A stretch of 64,000 bases of DNA from a virus: the IMG/VR virus record IMGVR_UViG_3300010430_002753, positions 1 through 64,000 of that record, one strand, 5' to 3'. The position numbers and the translations under genes are program-made. The notes beneath the pieces are model-generated. The model worked only from the letters and a program-made list of their open reading frames with translations. It was not told the DNA's origin and made no database searches. Shown one piece after another: positions 10,668 to 22,785 of this stretch. Each line of letters opens with the position of its first letter. Position 1 is the first letter of the stretch.

Positions 10668-11201
10668 TTATTTATTTTCTTTATTTATCGTATTTAAATT
10701 AATATCATTTGGAAAATCTTCATCTTTACAAGTAACTACTGCATAAGATATGTATTCATCAATATGTCTCATAATATAATTATCATTATAATAAGCTATA
10801 TTATCATATACCACAAAATTAATATATGGTTCTGTTATATTATTATCTATTTTTATTCTTATTCTATTTAATGGTAATTCTGATATGATATATTCATTAT
10901 TATTATTTAACCAATAAAATGTTACAGTAGTTTTATTTATATTAAATTCTTCACATTCACCAAAAAATAAAAAGAAATATCCTTGTTTAACTGTATCTTT
11001 TGTTTTTGTTATTCTAAATTTTTTTAATTTTTTATTGCCTAATAGCATTTTATTTATATGCATTCTTTTTTTATTATCTTCTTCTATTTTTTTATTATCT
11101 TCTTCTATTTTTTTCTTTTTATATTTTTTATCTAATCGATTACACGCAATAATAGTACATAATACACATAACACAAGAAAAATAATTATTATAAGTGTCA
11201 T
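10668..11201 (-). CDS. N-terminally membrane-anchored hypothetical protein
   Basis: TM helix; internal 21-bp tandem duplication (KIEEDNK x2). Confidence 0.65.
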   Translation of the reverse strand: MTLIIIIFLVLCVLCTIIACNRLDKKYKKKKIEEDNKKIEEDNKKRMHINKMLLGNKKLKKFRITKTKDTVKQGYFFLFFGECEEFNINKTTVTFYWLNNNNEYIISELPLNRIRIKIDNNITEPYINFVVYDNIAYYNDNYIMRHIDEYISYAVVTCKDEDFPNDINLNTINKENK

Positions 11202-11479
11202 TTTTGTAACTCCTTTTTATTTTTTACTCCTATTATTAAAGTATCTCCAACAGACATATTTTCATTTGTAAATATATAACTGTGCCAAAATATTTCAGAT
11301 ACTAACCATGATTGATTTGCTATTTCATATCTATATTTAATACCATCACTACCATTTAATAATTTTTTTTCTATAATTATTTGCTGATATCCAGAATTAT
11401 CTTCATTTAATATAACTATTTCATTATCGCAAGACACAATAATCATTAAAACAATTATTAATAATATAATTTTTTTCAT
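11198..11479 (-). CDS. putative lipoprotein
   Basis: MKKIILLIIVLMIIVS-C. Confidence 0.6.
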   Translation of the reverse strand: MKKIILLIIVLMIIVSCDNEIVILNEDNSGYQQIIIEKKLLNGSDGIKYRYEIANQSWLVSEIFWHSYIFTNENMSVGDTLIIGVKNKKELQK

Positions 11480-12444
11480 TATACTCTCCTAGTTATTTTT
11501 AATACACTTAATTTTTGCCAATATTCATAACCATTCTTATATTGTTTCTTTAACCCACATTCAGTTATCAGATAATCCATCCATTCTTTGTCATTCAATA
11601 TATTATATATTTTTAAAGGTACTTCCATTTCTTCTAATACTGTAACATCAATATGTTTATATTTTCTATTTATAACTTCATTAATAATATTATCACCTAA
11701 ATTAGATTTATTAATTAACATGACACCGTTATCAGTTAATAATTTTCCTGCATTTTCAAGCATATATACTAATAATGATAATCCTTCATATGCATTATCT
11801 TCAATACATTTAGGTCTAGGAATATATGGAGGATTACAGACTAGTAAATCAACGCTTCTACCTTTCATATAATCAAATGCATCTCCAATAACAATGTTAC
11901 ATCTACCATCTTTAATATATTTACCCATATTATCTAAAGCGCATTGATAAGCATTATGATTAAAATCAATAGCATAAGCTTTAATATCTAACTCTGAATT
12001 TTCAATTATGTGTTTTGTGATAAATGATGAACCACAACCTGGTTCTAATGAAGTTTTAACTTTACTTAAATCAATATGATTAAATAATGCTTTACATACT
12101 AATAACGTATCAATAGATGGACCCCATAAATCGCCATATTTTTCTTGATCAAACGTTAATGACGTTCCACTGTCATAACTAATTCTTCTTTTAGGATTAT
12201 TTAATAATGCTCTTAACGTTAATCTTTTAGTAACATCTTCTATCTCGTTTAACCTTTCCATATCTGTCATTAGAACAGGATTTTTTATTGTTGATATATC
12301 TCTATGAAAACTTTCTAATGTTTCATTATAAGGATCACCCCATGCAATATCTGTATTTTTTCTAAAACCTAGATGACTAAACAATTCTTCACCTATGGCG
12401 TGAAAACTTTGTTCTGTTAAATCTGTATTAAATCGTATCCACAT
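11479..12444 (-). CDS. class I SAM methyltransferase, HemK/PrmC-like (NPPY)
   Basis: PSIDTLL, LEPGCGS, DLLVCNPPYIP. Confidence 0.8.
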   Translation of the reverse strand: MWIRFNTDLTEQSFHAIGEELFSHLGFRKNTDIAWGDPYNETLESFHRDISTIKNPVLMTDMERLNEIEDVTKRLTLRALLNNPKRRISYDSGTSLTFDQEKYGDLWGPSIDTLLVCKALFNHIDLSKVKTSLEPGCGSSFITKHIIENSELDIKAYAIDFNHNAYQCALDNMGKYIKDGRCNIVIGDAFDYMKGRSVDLLVCNPPYIPRPKCIEDNAYEGLSLLVYMLENAGKLLTDNGVMLINKSNLGDNIINEVINRKYKHIDVTVLEEMEVPLKIYNILNDKEWMDYLITECGLKKQYKNGYEYWQKLSVLKITRRV

Positions 12445-12458
12445 ATAATAACCGTCCT

Positions 12459-12719
12459 TTATTTTTTATTTAACAATTTTAGGTTTCTTTCTATATTAAT
12501 TTTTTTTTCAAATTCTTCTTTTGAATATTCTTTTCCGTTTACCAAATAATCTTCATATTGTATTTCTCCAGATTCATAATACCAAATTATAGCTGGACCG
12601 TCTACTCTATGAAAATAATATTTTGAATTATAATACTGTTTACTTTGTATTTTAGTTTCCTCTGTGTCGTAATACTGTATTATTTTATAATTTCCATTTT
12701 TTAATTCTATTCTTTTCAT
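12459..12719 (-). CDS. HRxxGPA-repeat protein with C-terminal tag
   Basis: HRVDGPA; ends NIERNLKLLNKK. Confidence 0.85.
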   Translation of the reverse strand: MKRIELKNGNYKIIQYYDTEETKIQSKQYYNSKYYFHRVDGPAIIWYYESGEIQYEDYLVNGKEYSKEEFEKKINIERNLKLLNKK

Positions 12720-12883
12720 AATTAAACCTTATTTATTTTAAATCAAACATATGAAAATTATCTTTACCATAGCAAATAATAATATCTTCATTATTTTTAT
12801 CGCTAAACAACCAAAAACATTTATTTCTTTTACTGTAAATATAGTTATTAAATAATAAATCTTTAATTATTTTCAATTTCATT

Positions 12884-13927
12884 TTAAAGTTCATAATACT
12901 CTTCTTGAATTTCATATAACAACTCTTCTAATTTATTATAATTTGGTTTCTTTGGTAATACGTGATTACCACTATTTTGTATTTCTCTAAACTCTTTTTT
13001 TAATTTAGAAATATGTTCTTGTAATTCTTCAATAGGCATATTACCGGTTTTACATCTCATAATGATATCTTTTTGTTTTAACGGAAATTTAAGATCCCCT
13101 GTTTTTAACATTTCAATACCTTCAACTAGTAAACGAATTACATGACTTCCAAACTTATAATCATAACCTCTTTCAAATACTAATTGCTTTCTATAACCAG
13201 AAGCTTTACTAAATCTATTTTTAATATTATCTAATGCAGTTTTAATTTGGATATTAGCACCCATACTTAAATCACCAATAAAATAAATATCTTCAAATCT
13301 TTTATCTTCATGTTGTTTCTGACCAAATTTACCAATCTTTTCACTATCTAATTGTAATCTCAAAGATACTAATTTATCATTATGAAAACAATTTTTTGTT
13401 TCAATTTGATATTCAATAAAAGTAATAAATTTTTTAAATGCTTCATAATTGTTAGATTTGACATACATTTTCTTTTCTTGACTAATAGCATATCCAATAA
13501 ATCTTTCTACTAATCCTTCATGTAAAAATAAATTTCTATTATCTAATAATAGTTTTCCCCATTTATTACAATATATAATATTTTCAGGATTTACAAATAA
13601 CATTTCTATGATATTAGGATTATTTTCAGCAGCTAGTTTTACAAACTTTTTTAAACTATAAAATTTTCTATCTATGGCATCTTTACTATTTCTACCATTA
13701 TCTTTTTTGTCTTTAATAGATAAATCAATTTCATTTAAACTTTCATGTCTATAAAAAGGTGATAAAATTTGTCTAGTAGTTGGCAATACAAATTCAATTG
13801 GTTCTACAAATACTCCACCATAATCTACATCTGATTCAGGTGTTTCTAAACCGTATAAATTACTTCCTGTTTTTATTTCTAATATCTTATTTTTTTCTAC
13901 TATCTCTTTTCTTTCTTCAAAATTCAT
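12884..13927 (-). CDS. Pol-beta-superfamily nucleotidyltransferase (YcgL/RlaP-like)
   Basis: GSNLYGLETPESDVDYGGVF, NPNIIEMLF, GYDYKFGSHVIRL. Confidence 0.8.
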   Translation of the reverse strand: MNFEERKEIVEKNKILEIKTGSNLYGLETPESDVDYGGVFVEPIEFVLPTTRQILSPFYRHESLNEIDLSIKDKKDNGRNSKDAIDRKFYSLKKFVKLAAENNPNIIEMLFVNPENIIYCNKWGKLLLDNRNLFLHEGLVERFIGYAISQEKKMYVKSNNYEAFKKFITFIEYQIETKNCFHNDKLVSLRLQLDSEKIGKFGQKQHEDKRFEDIYFIGDLSMGANIQIKTALDNIKNRFSKASGYRKQLVFERGYDYKFGSHVIRLLVEGIEMLKTGDLKFPLKQKDIIMRCKTGNMPIEELQEHISKLKKEFREIQNSGNHVLPKKPNYNKLEELLYEIQEEYYEL

Positions 13928-13952
13928 AATAACCTCATATATTTTCTGTTAA

Positions 13953-14997
13953 TTAATCATTTTTTATCATAATTGTTTTATTAGATCTTATTATATTATT
14001 TATTTTTATTTTTTTATTAATTTCTTTTTGAATATTAATATCATCTAATAATTCTGTTAATAATTCTGATAAATTTTTATTCATTTCTTTTTTATAAATT
14101 TCTTTAACTTTTGATTTCAAACAAAATATTCTATAAATAAAATTACTATTTATTATAATATTAAATATACTATTAAATTTTTCTTCATTATATAACATTT
14201 CTTTTCTTCTATATTCAATTCTATCTTTTATCTCTTGATGTAAGTCAGAAATAGTTTTTTCAAATTTTTTTGTTTTATTTTCAACATCTTTATTTATTAT
14301 TAATAATTTTTCTTCATAATTAGATTTAGTTTTAAAAAATCTTTTATTATGTAGTATTTCTAATTTAGTTTTTTCTTTATTATATTTTTCTTTAATTTTA
14401 TTTAATCCATCTTTTTTAAAATCTAATAATTCATTATATTCATCTAAAGATATTGTAACGGTTCTTTCTATCATAACAACCTCTTATTTTTATTTGATCC
14501 CATATTGTATGCAATAAGTAATAAATCTGCAGTTTTATTTATTGTACCAATTTTATTGTAATTGTCCCATGCAATTTTATATATTTTTTTTAATGTGTGT
14601 AATGAAACATTTTGTTTGTGTTTTTCAGTAAACCTGTATAATTGCCAGTTATATTCATACATACAACAACCTTCTATAATGCTACTGATTCTTTAATAAT
14701 TTTTTTATGTTCATTTTTATATAATCTAATAAATCCTGTATTAGAATCACTATTATGATATAGATTATACTTTTCACATAGATTAATTAATTCTTTTTTA
14801 AAACCTTCAATGTCGTAATCTAATTCTTCTCCACAATGTGGACAAAATTTAAATGTTTCTTTTAAAAATGCTCCACAATATATACAAGCTAACATTTTTT
14901 GAGTATTTGTAGATTTAACTCTTTTTGTTGGCGGATTTGTATCAGGCATTGATCTTGTTATTACTGTATCTTTTTTAAATTTAGGTAGCGACAACAT
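13953..14997 (-). other. three hypothetical CDSs (13953-14474 coiled coil, 14471-14662, 14674-14997 Zn ribbon)
   Basis: Packed ORFs; CIYCG..FCPHCG in the last. Confidence 0.6.
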
Positions 14998-14998
14998 A

Positions 14999-15337
14999 TT
15001 AAATCTCCTTTTCTTCTTTCAAACGTTGTCCGTTTATAAAATATAATTTAGAGATAATTTTATTATTTTTATAATGTATTATTGCAGGACCTTCTTGTCT
15101 ATGAAACTGTCCATATTTATCATAATAATGAATAAAATCTATTTTATTTAACAATTTATTTTTATATGAAATAAATTTATAACGTCCATTTTCTAATTTT
15201 ATATTTTTATGGAATATTTTAATATGTATAGGTATATAAAATAAATACATATTAAAAAATATATCTTTTTTAATCAAAATATATATCAATAAAATAAATA
15301 ATATACTAGAAATAAAACCAATGATAAATAATAACAT
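14999..15337 (-). CDS. membrane-anchored HRxxGPA protein lacking the C-terminal tag
   Basis: N-terminal TM helix, IKLENGRYK, HRQEGPA; ends KEEKEI. Confidence 0.75.
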   Translation of the reverse strand: MLLFIIGFISSILFILLIYILIKKDIFFNMYLFYIPIHIKIFHKNIKLENGRYKFISYKNKLLNKIDFIHYYDKYGQFHRQEGPAIIHYKNNKIISKLYFINGQRLKEEKEI

Positions 15338-15835
15338 CTAAACCTCTCTTTTTTATTTTATCAATAAATACAATAATTATATTGTTTTTGTTTTTAAATT
15401 TACCAAATGGAAATTGTATAACTATAACATATACAATTTCCTTTGTGTCTAATCTTTTTACTTTCCATGTAAAACCATATAGATATTCAATTAATTCGGC
15501 CTTAAATAATATTTTTTTTTACTTTCTTCGTAAAATAGATCTTCTTTTATATTTACAATATATCTATTAAACATTAGAAACATCCCAAATTAAATCACCA
15601 CCAAACGTTTCTGAAACGTCTGTGTATATTTTATTATTTTTCCAATCTGTAATAATTGGACATATATATTTATATTCATTAGACAAAATATTTTTTAATC
15701 TTATCAATGTTTTATCTTGTTCAGATTTCATTATCCCAGAATTAATAGTGTAACAAATAGAAAATTTATTCGGTAATATTTTAAATAATTCTTTTGTTGA
15801 TATTCGCATAATAACCTCTCTTTTTTATTTATAAA

Positions 15836-15875
15836 TACAATATAAATTATATATAAAAATATGTCAACTAAAAAA
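15836..15875 (-). promoter_or_regulatory. sigma70-like early promoter
   Basis: TTTTTTAG-TTGACA-17-TATATT-GTA. Confidence 0.85.
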
Positions 15876-15904
15876 TAAAAAAAAGCTAGAAATAATTCTA
15901 GCTT
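15871..15904 (-). terminator. intrinsic terminator abutting a promoter
   Basis: AAGCTAGAA/TTCTAGCTT stem followed by a T tract on the minus strand. Confidence 0.7.
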
Positions 15905-16214
15905 AACAATCTTTAATGTTTACAATTCGATCTTCAGGATTCTTATTAGCTCTTTTAATCATTTGTTTTAATTCATATGATGTTATAACTAAATCTAACT
16001 GTTGACCTTCATATAATTCTAAGTCTTCTATATTATTGCCAATTTCTAATGACGCTATAAAATATTTAGTTGATTCTAAATGAGATTTTTGTTTTTTATT
16101 TTCAACTAAATAAATTTTATTTGACGTTTGTTTATTCATACTATACTGTAAAAATAATAAAAACACTATTACTAAAAATATTCCCATTGCTATAAATTCT
16201 TCCATACTACATCC

Positions 16215-16631
16215 TTATTTTTTATTTAATAATTTTAAATTCGTTTTTATATTTAATTCTTTTATTTTCTTTCTATTTATATAATTTTTATGTAATTGTT
16301 TTTTACATTGAATATATACTCCACCTTCTAAATTTATAAATAATCTGTATATGGTTAAGTTATAAAAATTTTCAAATCTATCTTCAGGTGTACAAAACTC
16401 TATTAATTCGTTTAACATAGAATCAAAATTTATTTCTGAATCTACTGTTTTAAATTTATAATCTATTGTAACTACTGGTTTACCATTTAAACCATAACTT
16501 GATTGACATTGTATTGTATTAAAAGTAAATGGTAATACATTATTCTCACAATATTCAGATAAATCACTAATAAACGGATATGTTATATCTTTAGAATTTT
16601 TAATAAACCGTCTTGCATATTGTCTAATCAT
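16215..16631 (-). CDS. hypothetical protein (no GPA repeat) carrying the C-terminal tag
   Basis: Ends ELNIKTNLKLLNKK. Confidence 0.75.
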   Translation of the reverse strand: MIRQYARRFIKNSKDITYPFISDLSEYCENNVLPFTFNTIQCQSSYGLNGKPVVTIDYKFKTVDSEINFDSMLNELIEFCTPEDRFENFYNLTIYRLFINLEGGVYIQCKKQLHKNYINRKKIKELNIKTNLKLLNKK

Positions 16632-17517
16632 CTTTAAACAACATATCCATATTTGGCAAAGGTATATTATTTGTTTCTTCTACTAATTTATCTATTTCAA
16701 TACTTTTTTCTTTTAATTCTTTTTTAATTTCCTTTGCTTTTTTAAATTGTTTTATGGTATTAAATATTCCTATAATCATTGTTAATATACTTAATATTAT
16801 AATTATTATAGATATTATTTCCATGATTAACTCCTTTGATAATTATTCTATATAACCATCATAAATGATAATCTTATTTTCATATTCTTTATCTAAACAC
16901 GTATCTTCTATTTTTAATAATACGATATTACCTTGTTGTTTAAAAAGATCAAATAATTTAGTTTCATCCAATTCAATAACCCACGTATCGTAATATTTTT
17001 CAATAACATAATAGTGCGAATTTGTATTATTAGTTTTTCTTTTTTCTAGAAATTTTCCCTCAGATAAATGTTTATTGATTTCATCTATCTTGTCATCTCT
17101 AATTAACCTAACACTTTTATATGGTATAGATTTTTTATAGCACCCACTACATGGCATTTCACCATATCTGGACGCTCTTTCGATTACAAACTTCATATAT
17201 AAAACTCCTTAATCGTGTTTAATTTCTTTTACAATTTTCATTTTTTGAGCAAGCACCCATGTCCCACCTTGCGATTCTGGCCTGTCATAGTATTCATAAT
17301 CTTCTATTTCAACTTCAACCCATGTTCTATTCTTTTTACTTAAATGAGGTGCAATAGGTGATAACGTACAATGCCAACCTTTCCTAAATGCAAATCCTTT
17401 TGTTGGGTGGGCTTCTGCGTTAAGCCATTCACCAATTGGGATTCTACTTTTTTTATTTATAAATAATGGACTTAATCTTCCATCTTTCATTTTTCTAATT
17501 AATTTATACGCTTTCAT
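16624..17517 (-). other. three hypothetical CDSs (16624-16824 with TM, 16843-17196, 17209-17517)
   Basis: ORFs with GGAG RBS. Confidence 0.6.
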
Positions 17518-18191
17518 ATATAAAACTCCTTAAAATCATCTAATCTTAAACAAGCTAATTTTCCACCATAAGCTGCACCACAATCAATACCTATTTTTTG
17601 ATTATAATGTCGTATTTTCCATTCTTTAGTATAATTATAAGGTAAATTTACTACTGGAGTATGACCAAATATGTAGTATACGTTTTTAGGAGTATTACTA
17701 GTATTTGTGTCAGTGTGGAATTCTCTTCTAGCCCATATTTGAAAATCTCTATTTTGTTTTTCAAATGGTAATCCATCTTTATTTAATTGAAACCCTGCGT
17801 GAGATAAATAAAATATATTATTGTTTATTTCTATTTTTTTACTAAATTCAAGTGTATTCACAAAATATAATATTTTTACTTTTTCAGATTTATCATATGT
17901 TTCAAATTCTTCATATGTTTTATAACCACCTTGAGTAAACCATTGATGATTATTTAAATTTTTATTATCTAAAGAATAATATTCACACATCCAATCATCG
18001 TGATTACCCATTAACATTTTAATATTATATTGATTTTTCATTATATATTTTAATATTTTAATTGAATGTGGTCCTCTGTCTACAACATCTCCAAGAATAT
18101 ATAAACGATCTTCGTCATTAAAATTAATTAATTCTAACATTGCCATAAATTTATCATACTGACCATGTATATCAGACATTACGTAAATCAT
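17514..18191 (-). CDS. calcineurin-like metallophosphoesterase (Ser/Thr phosphatase family)
   Basis: SDIHG, LGDVVDRG, GNHD, SHAG, FGHTP, IDCG. Confidence 0.9.
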   Translation of the reverse strand: MIYVMSDIHGQYDKFMAMLELINFNDEDRLYILGDVVDRGPHSIKILKYIMKNQYNIKMLMGNHDDWMCEYYSLDNKNLNNHQWFTQGGYKTYEEFETYDKSEKVKILYFVNTLEFSKKIEINNNIFYLSHAGFQLNKDGLPFEKQNRDFQIWARREFHTDTNTSNTPKNVYYIFGHTPVVNLPYNYTKEWKIRHYNQKIGIDCGAAYGGKLACLRLDDFKEFYI

Positions 18192-18192
18192 A

Positions 18193-21100
18193 TTATTCTA
18201 TACCTTCAATATTTTTTTTAACTTCAACTGTCGCTATTCCACTATCATTAATAAATGCATCACTACTTGCTAAAAATATATCTACACCGTCAAAATTTAC
18301 TGATGTATTATCAGGTTCAATTAATATAAAATAATCACCGGATTTTAATTTGATCATATCTGTTTTAACCCATTCATTATCAATTAAAACTTTACATACT
18401 CTTTTATTTCTATTGACATGTCTCATAATTTATTCTCCTTTATTGGCTCTTATTTTTTAAAATATAATCTTCTAATATTACAAAATCTTTTTTAATTTTA
18501 TTAACAACACTATTTAATTGATCAACTGTATCAAACCATTCAGTTTTAACAAATTTGTCATTGATATCATAAAAATAAATATGTGGTTTTAAAATTGGCG
18601 AATATTTATCTTTGTTATACGAACAATCACAATTATCTGATAATTTTTTCATAATATTATAATCTTCTATTAACACATTATTATCAAAATCATCCCAAGA
18701 TTTGCCTAAATATTCTGAATCGTAGTACGTGTATAAATAAAATCCTGCTTTCCAAGTAACTTTCTTTTTCCACGGTTTGAAAAAACATCTTTTTTCTCTA
18801 TCTTTAGAAAGATAAATATATCTTGAAGATTCAGTATTAATACAAATTGTCATTGATTTAATTTTTGATAAAAAGTTTATAGTATTTTCCATTTTATTTT
18901 TCCTTAATAATTATCATAGTTTACATCTACTTTGTGTACACCATTTTCTAAATATGGTTCACTTGTCGCCGTAAAGCCTATAATGAATTTTTCATTATAT
19001 TCTACAAATTTATCTTTTGAAATTAATGTTGTAAACCTATTACCTTTTTTAATATTTATCATATTTGTTAAATTAGACGCAGTTCCAATATCAGTGTAAT
19101 ATCTATTATCTATATTATCTAATGTTTTTATATTATTTAACATTCGTTTATCCCACCAGTTTAAATTAACTATGCACAATTCTTTAACTTCATGATTACA
19201 TGTTTCATATACTGATACAACTTCACCTAAATTACCGTCATCATCTATAAATCTATTACCTACTCGTTTTTTATAACTTTCAGTGTTATCTAATAAATTC
19301 CAAAAATTTTCATTTACAATTTCTACATATTCACCAGGACAATCTTGTTGATTAGCAACACAGTCAGAAAGACCTTTAAACGTATCTTCTAACATATCTT
19401 TAAATTGTTCTGGCGTTTTTAATTCTTCAATAGATCCATCTTCTTTTATATATCTATGATTTTTTGTTGGACTTTCTTTAATACCATATTTCTTAGCAAT
19501 CTTTTTAACAGCTTCAGTAATATCTTTTTTATTATTTTCATAAACTTCTAAATTAATACATTTAACTCCATCTTTTATTGGCGAAATAATAATATTTTCA
19601 CTTTTAAATTTATCTTTTAAAATATTTAAAACTTTTTTTAATTCATAATTTATTTTATCATCTTCTACATTATCAATAACTGCATGACAAATTAATACAT
19701 CATTTTCTTTTAAATTTATTTTATCAATATTATTAATTTTTATTTTATTATCATCTTTTTTAGTTGTTAATTTAAACATCATATACACAATAAATATTCC
19801 TGATATAAAGAATAATACAACAGCCATAATATCCATAATTTTCTTCCTTTATAGTAAACAGTTTTTTAATAAATCTTTAGAAATTTCAGCCATTAATTTA
19901 CAATCGTTAATTGATAAAATATCTAAAATTTTATTTTTAATTTTAATATCAATATTAGGATTTCCTAATTGACACATCCAATAATTTTTACGTTGACATA
20001 AAGATATTTTCTTTTCAATAAATACTATATTTGGAATTGTTCCACAATGATGTAAAAACACATATATTGTTCCTCGTTTACCTAAAAAATCACAAACGTC
20101 TTCAGTTAATTTCATATTTGGAAATTTATCTCGTATTACACTAATTGGCGTTTTCTCAGTAATAAAATACGCACCACGAAAATCATAACAATAATTGTTA
20201 ATATAATTATTTATTAAGTTAGATCCATTTTCTTTACTAGTTTCAATATTTTTAAGAAACTTATTATGCTTTACAACATTAGTATTCTTATCTTTTTCTA
20301 CATAACCTTTTTTCATATCTACAACCTTTTTTATTTTTAATTATAATCATTTAAAAATTATTGTCAACTAAAATCCACTAATGACTTCATAAATATGATA
20401 AACATATACTAAATCAATTTCAGGTTCATCATAAATATATTCACATATTGGTGTTTGTGTACCAATGTATTTACCCCATTTATGCCATCTCCAACCACCA
20501 TGTTCAGACTGGTGTTTTTTACTTATTGGAATTAAAGCGATAATAAATTTTCTATCATCTGTTTCTATAAACGGATATTGTTCTAAGATTTGTTTATAAT
20601 TATCACAAACTCCATAATTACTCAAATAAGTATCTTCACCATATTTGTTATATGTCTTTTCCCAATTAATTTTTTTATCATTATCTCTAACATAAAAACT
20701 ATCAAATTCATTAATTTCAAATTTATAATAATAACTAAACATATCATTTAATCCACTATAATAAATACCAGGTTTTTCTTCATAAAATTTATGTTCATTT
20801 ATATATCTTATCATTTCAATATTATCTTTAAATCTTTCTAAATCTTCTTTTTTTACTTTTTCATATCGATCTTTGTATTTTGACAAATCTAATAACATTT
20901 ATTTATCCTTATTTTGTTTTTTCCATACATTATAATCTTCAACTAATTTATTGTGTTGATCTATAGTTAAACAATATCTTAATTCTTTTAGTTCATTATT
21001 AACAATACAATTAATAGATGTTTGACCAATTCTATTTGATTCTCGTATATATCCAGATATTGTTTTATTACGATCTGATATTCTAATTATACTAACTACA

Positions 21101-21318
21101 TTTATAGAATCAAAATTAATATAATATTCTAAATCTTCATATTCAAATGTTAAACAATTAATCGTATCTTTTAATCTTTCAATAGTAATTTCAAGTCTTC
21201 TACTATAACGGTCAAAATCACTACGATTTGTTGTTATAGCCCGTTCTAATAAACGCAATTCTTGTTTATGATCCGATAACATTTTTTCATAATCTTTTTT
21301 TGATATAAACATATACAC
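18193..21318 (-). other. six hypothetical CDSs (18193-18426, 18440-18892, 18904-19836, 19849-20316, 20368-20898, 20899-21318)
   Basis: Packed ORFs with RBS; 20368-20898 has a GGWRWHKWGKYIG motif. Confidence 0.6.
20340..20373 (-). promoter_or_regulatory. sigma70-like promoter overlapping a stop codon
   Basis: TTTTAG-TTGACA-16-TATAAT. Confidence 0.7.
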
Positions 21319-21341
21319 CTCTCTTTTTATGAATGAATAAA

Positions 21342-21363
21342 TACTCCTAAATTAATAGGAGTA
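21342..21363 (-). terminator. putative intrinsic terminator
   Basis: TACTCCTA/TAGGAGTA stem. Confidence 0.55.
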
Positions 21364-21378
21364 CATTAAATTTATTAT

Positions 21379-22761
21379 TTATCTTTTTTGGTTATTATAC
21401 ATTTTTTTCTCTAAACTATCAGGTCCAAACATATTTGAAATTAAATCATCAATTGATATATATTCTTTTGCTACTTTATTATTTTGTTTATCAATATTTA
21501 TAACAGGTATTTCAGATTTTGCTTGTTTTACTGAACATGGTTCATAACCAAAATGTTCATTAATTAGTTTACATTGATTTACATTAGCAGTAATTCCAAT
21601 ACTATTTAAAAAATCATATGTATTATGAACTAATTCTGAAACGCAATTATATGTTTTTCCATCAATTGTCATATTCATATTAGTATCTAGTTGATCACTT
21701 TGTTTTACTTCTACTAAATAATGTTTTACACCTTTAATATTAATTGTTTGCATATGTTCTTCCTTATTTTTATTTATTTTTTTATTAAATTCTTCTTTTG
21801 TATATTCTTTACTGTTTATATAATATAATTCACTTATTATTTCTCCATCTTTATAATACCAAATTGAAGCTGGGCCGTCTAATCTATGAACTTCGTCTTT
21901 AGAATTATAATAACATTCATAATTTATTTTAGTTCTTTTATTATCAAAATAATTATAAATTTTATAATTTCCATTATCTAATAATTCTTTAGTTATATAA
22001 TCATCAAGTATTATTATATTATTTCGTTTATTAAGAGCAACAACTTCTTGTCTAGTATCAAACTCTTGTTTTAGATATGTTTTATTGTTTATCCAATAGT
22101 GTTCACCTATAATTTCTCCAGATTTTGTATACCAAATTGTTGCTGGACCATTAATTCTATGTCTTTTACCATTTTTATAAAATTCTAGTTTTTTAACAGT
22201 TTCACAATTTTTATAATATTTAATAACTGCTGGTTTATTTTTTCTATTAAACATATTATTATTGTTAAAATAATATTCACCAATAATTTTAGTTTTATCT
22301 TTATTTAAATATTTTGTTATTTTATAATTACCGTTTTCTAATAATTCTTTATCTTCTAATTCTTTATAATCTAATTGATTTATTTTTTTATTATTAACTT
22401 TATTATGCCATTCTTTTCTAGTTAATTTTTTACCATCTAAATAATATTCAGATAAGTTATAACCAATAAAAGCTGGGCCATTTTCTCTATGAAGTTTATC
22501 ATTAACATAATACCATTCAGCTATTACTTTATTTTTTTCATCATATAATATTTTTGCTGGACCTTGTTTTTTATCTAATTTATTTTTTCTAATCCATTGT
22601 TCTTCTGTATATCCATTTTCAAAAACAGATATTACAGCAGGTCCATTCTGCCTATCAATTTCTTTATTTTTATTATAATACGTTGTAACTGTGTAATCAG
22701 ATCCTTCTTCTACATATATAATTTTAAAACTTCCATTTTTAAAAGTTATAGTTTCAATCAT
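21379..22761 (-). CDS. multi-module HRxxGPA-repeat protein fused to an unrelated C-terminal domain
   Basis: Six GPA-type repeats in three modules; no tag; internal AAGGAAG-ATG at 21753. Confidence 0.8.
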   Translation of the reverse strand: MIETITFKNGSFKIIYVEEGSDYTVTTYYNKNKEIDRQNGPAVISVFENGYTEEQWIRKNKLDKKQGPAKILYDEKNKVIAEWYYVNDKLHRENGPAFIGYNLSEYYLDGKKLTRKEWHNKVNNKKINQLDYKELEDKELLENGNYKITKYLNKDKTKIIGEYYFNNNNMFNRKNKPAVIKYYKNCETVKKLEFYKNGKRHRINGPATIWYTKSGEIIGEHYWINNKTYLKQEFDTRQEVVALNKRNNIIILDDYITKELLDNGNYKIYNYFDNKRTKINYECYYNSKDEVHRLDGPASIWYYKDGEIISELYYINSKEYTKEEFNKKINKNKEEHMQTINIKGVKHYLVEVKQSDQLDTNMNMTIDGKTYNCVSELVHNTYDFLNSIGITANVNQCKLINEHFGYEPCSVKQAKSEIPVINIDKQNNKVAKEYISIDDLISNMFGPDSLEKKMYNNQKR

Positions 22762-22785
22762 AATAACCTCCAAGTCATTTATAAA

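Noticed and set aside
11065-11112. 21-bp tandem duplication (KIEEDNK x2)
   Set aside because: Simple in-frame slippage in a coiled coil; no wider pattern
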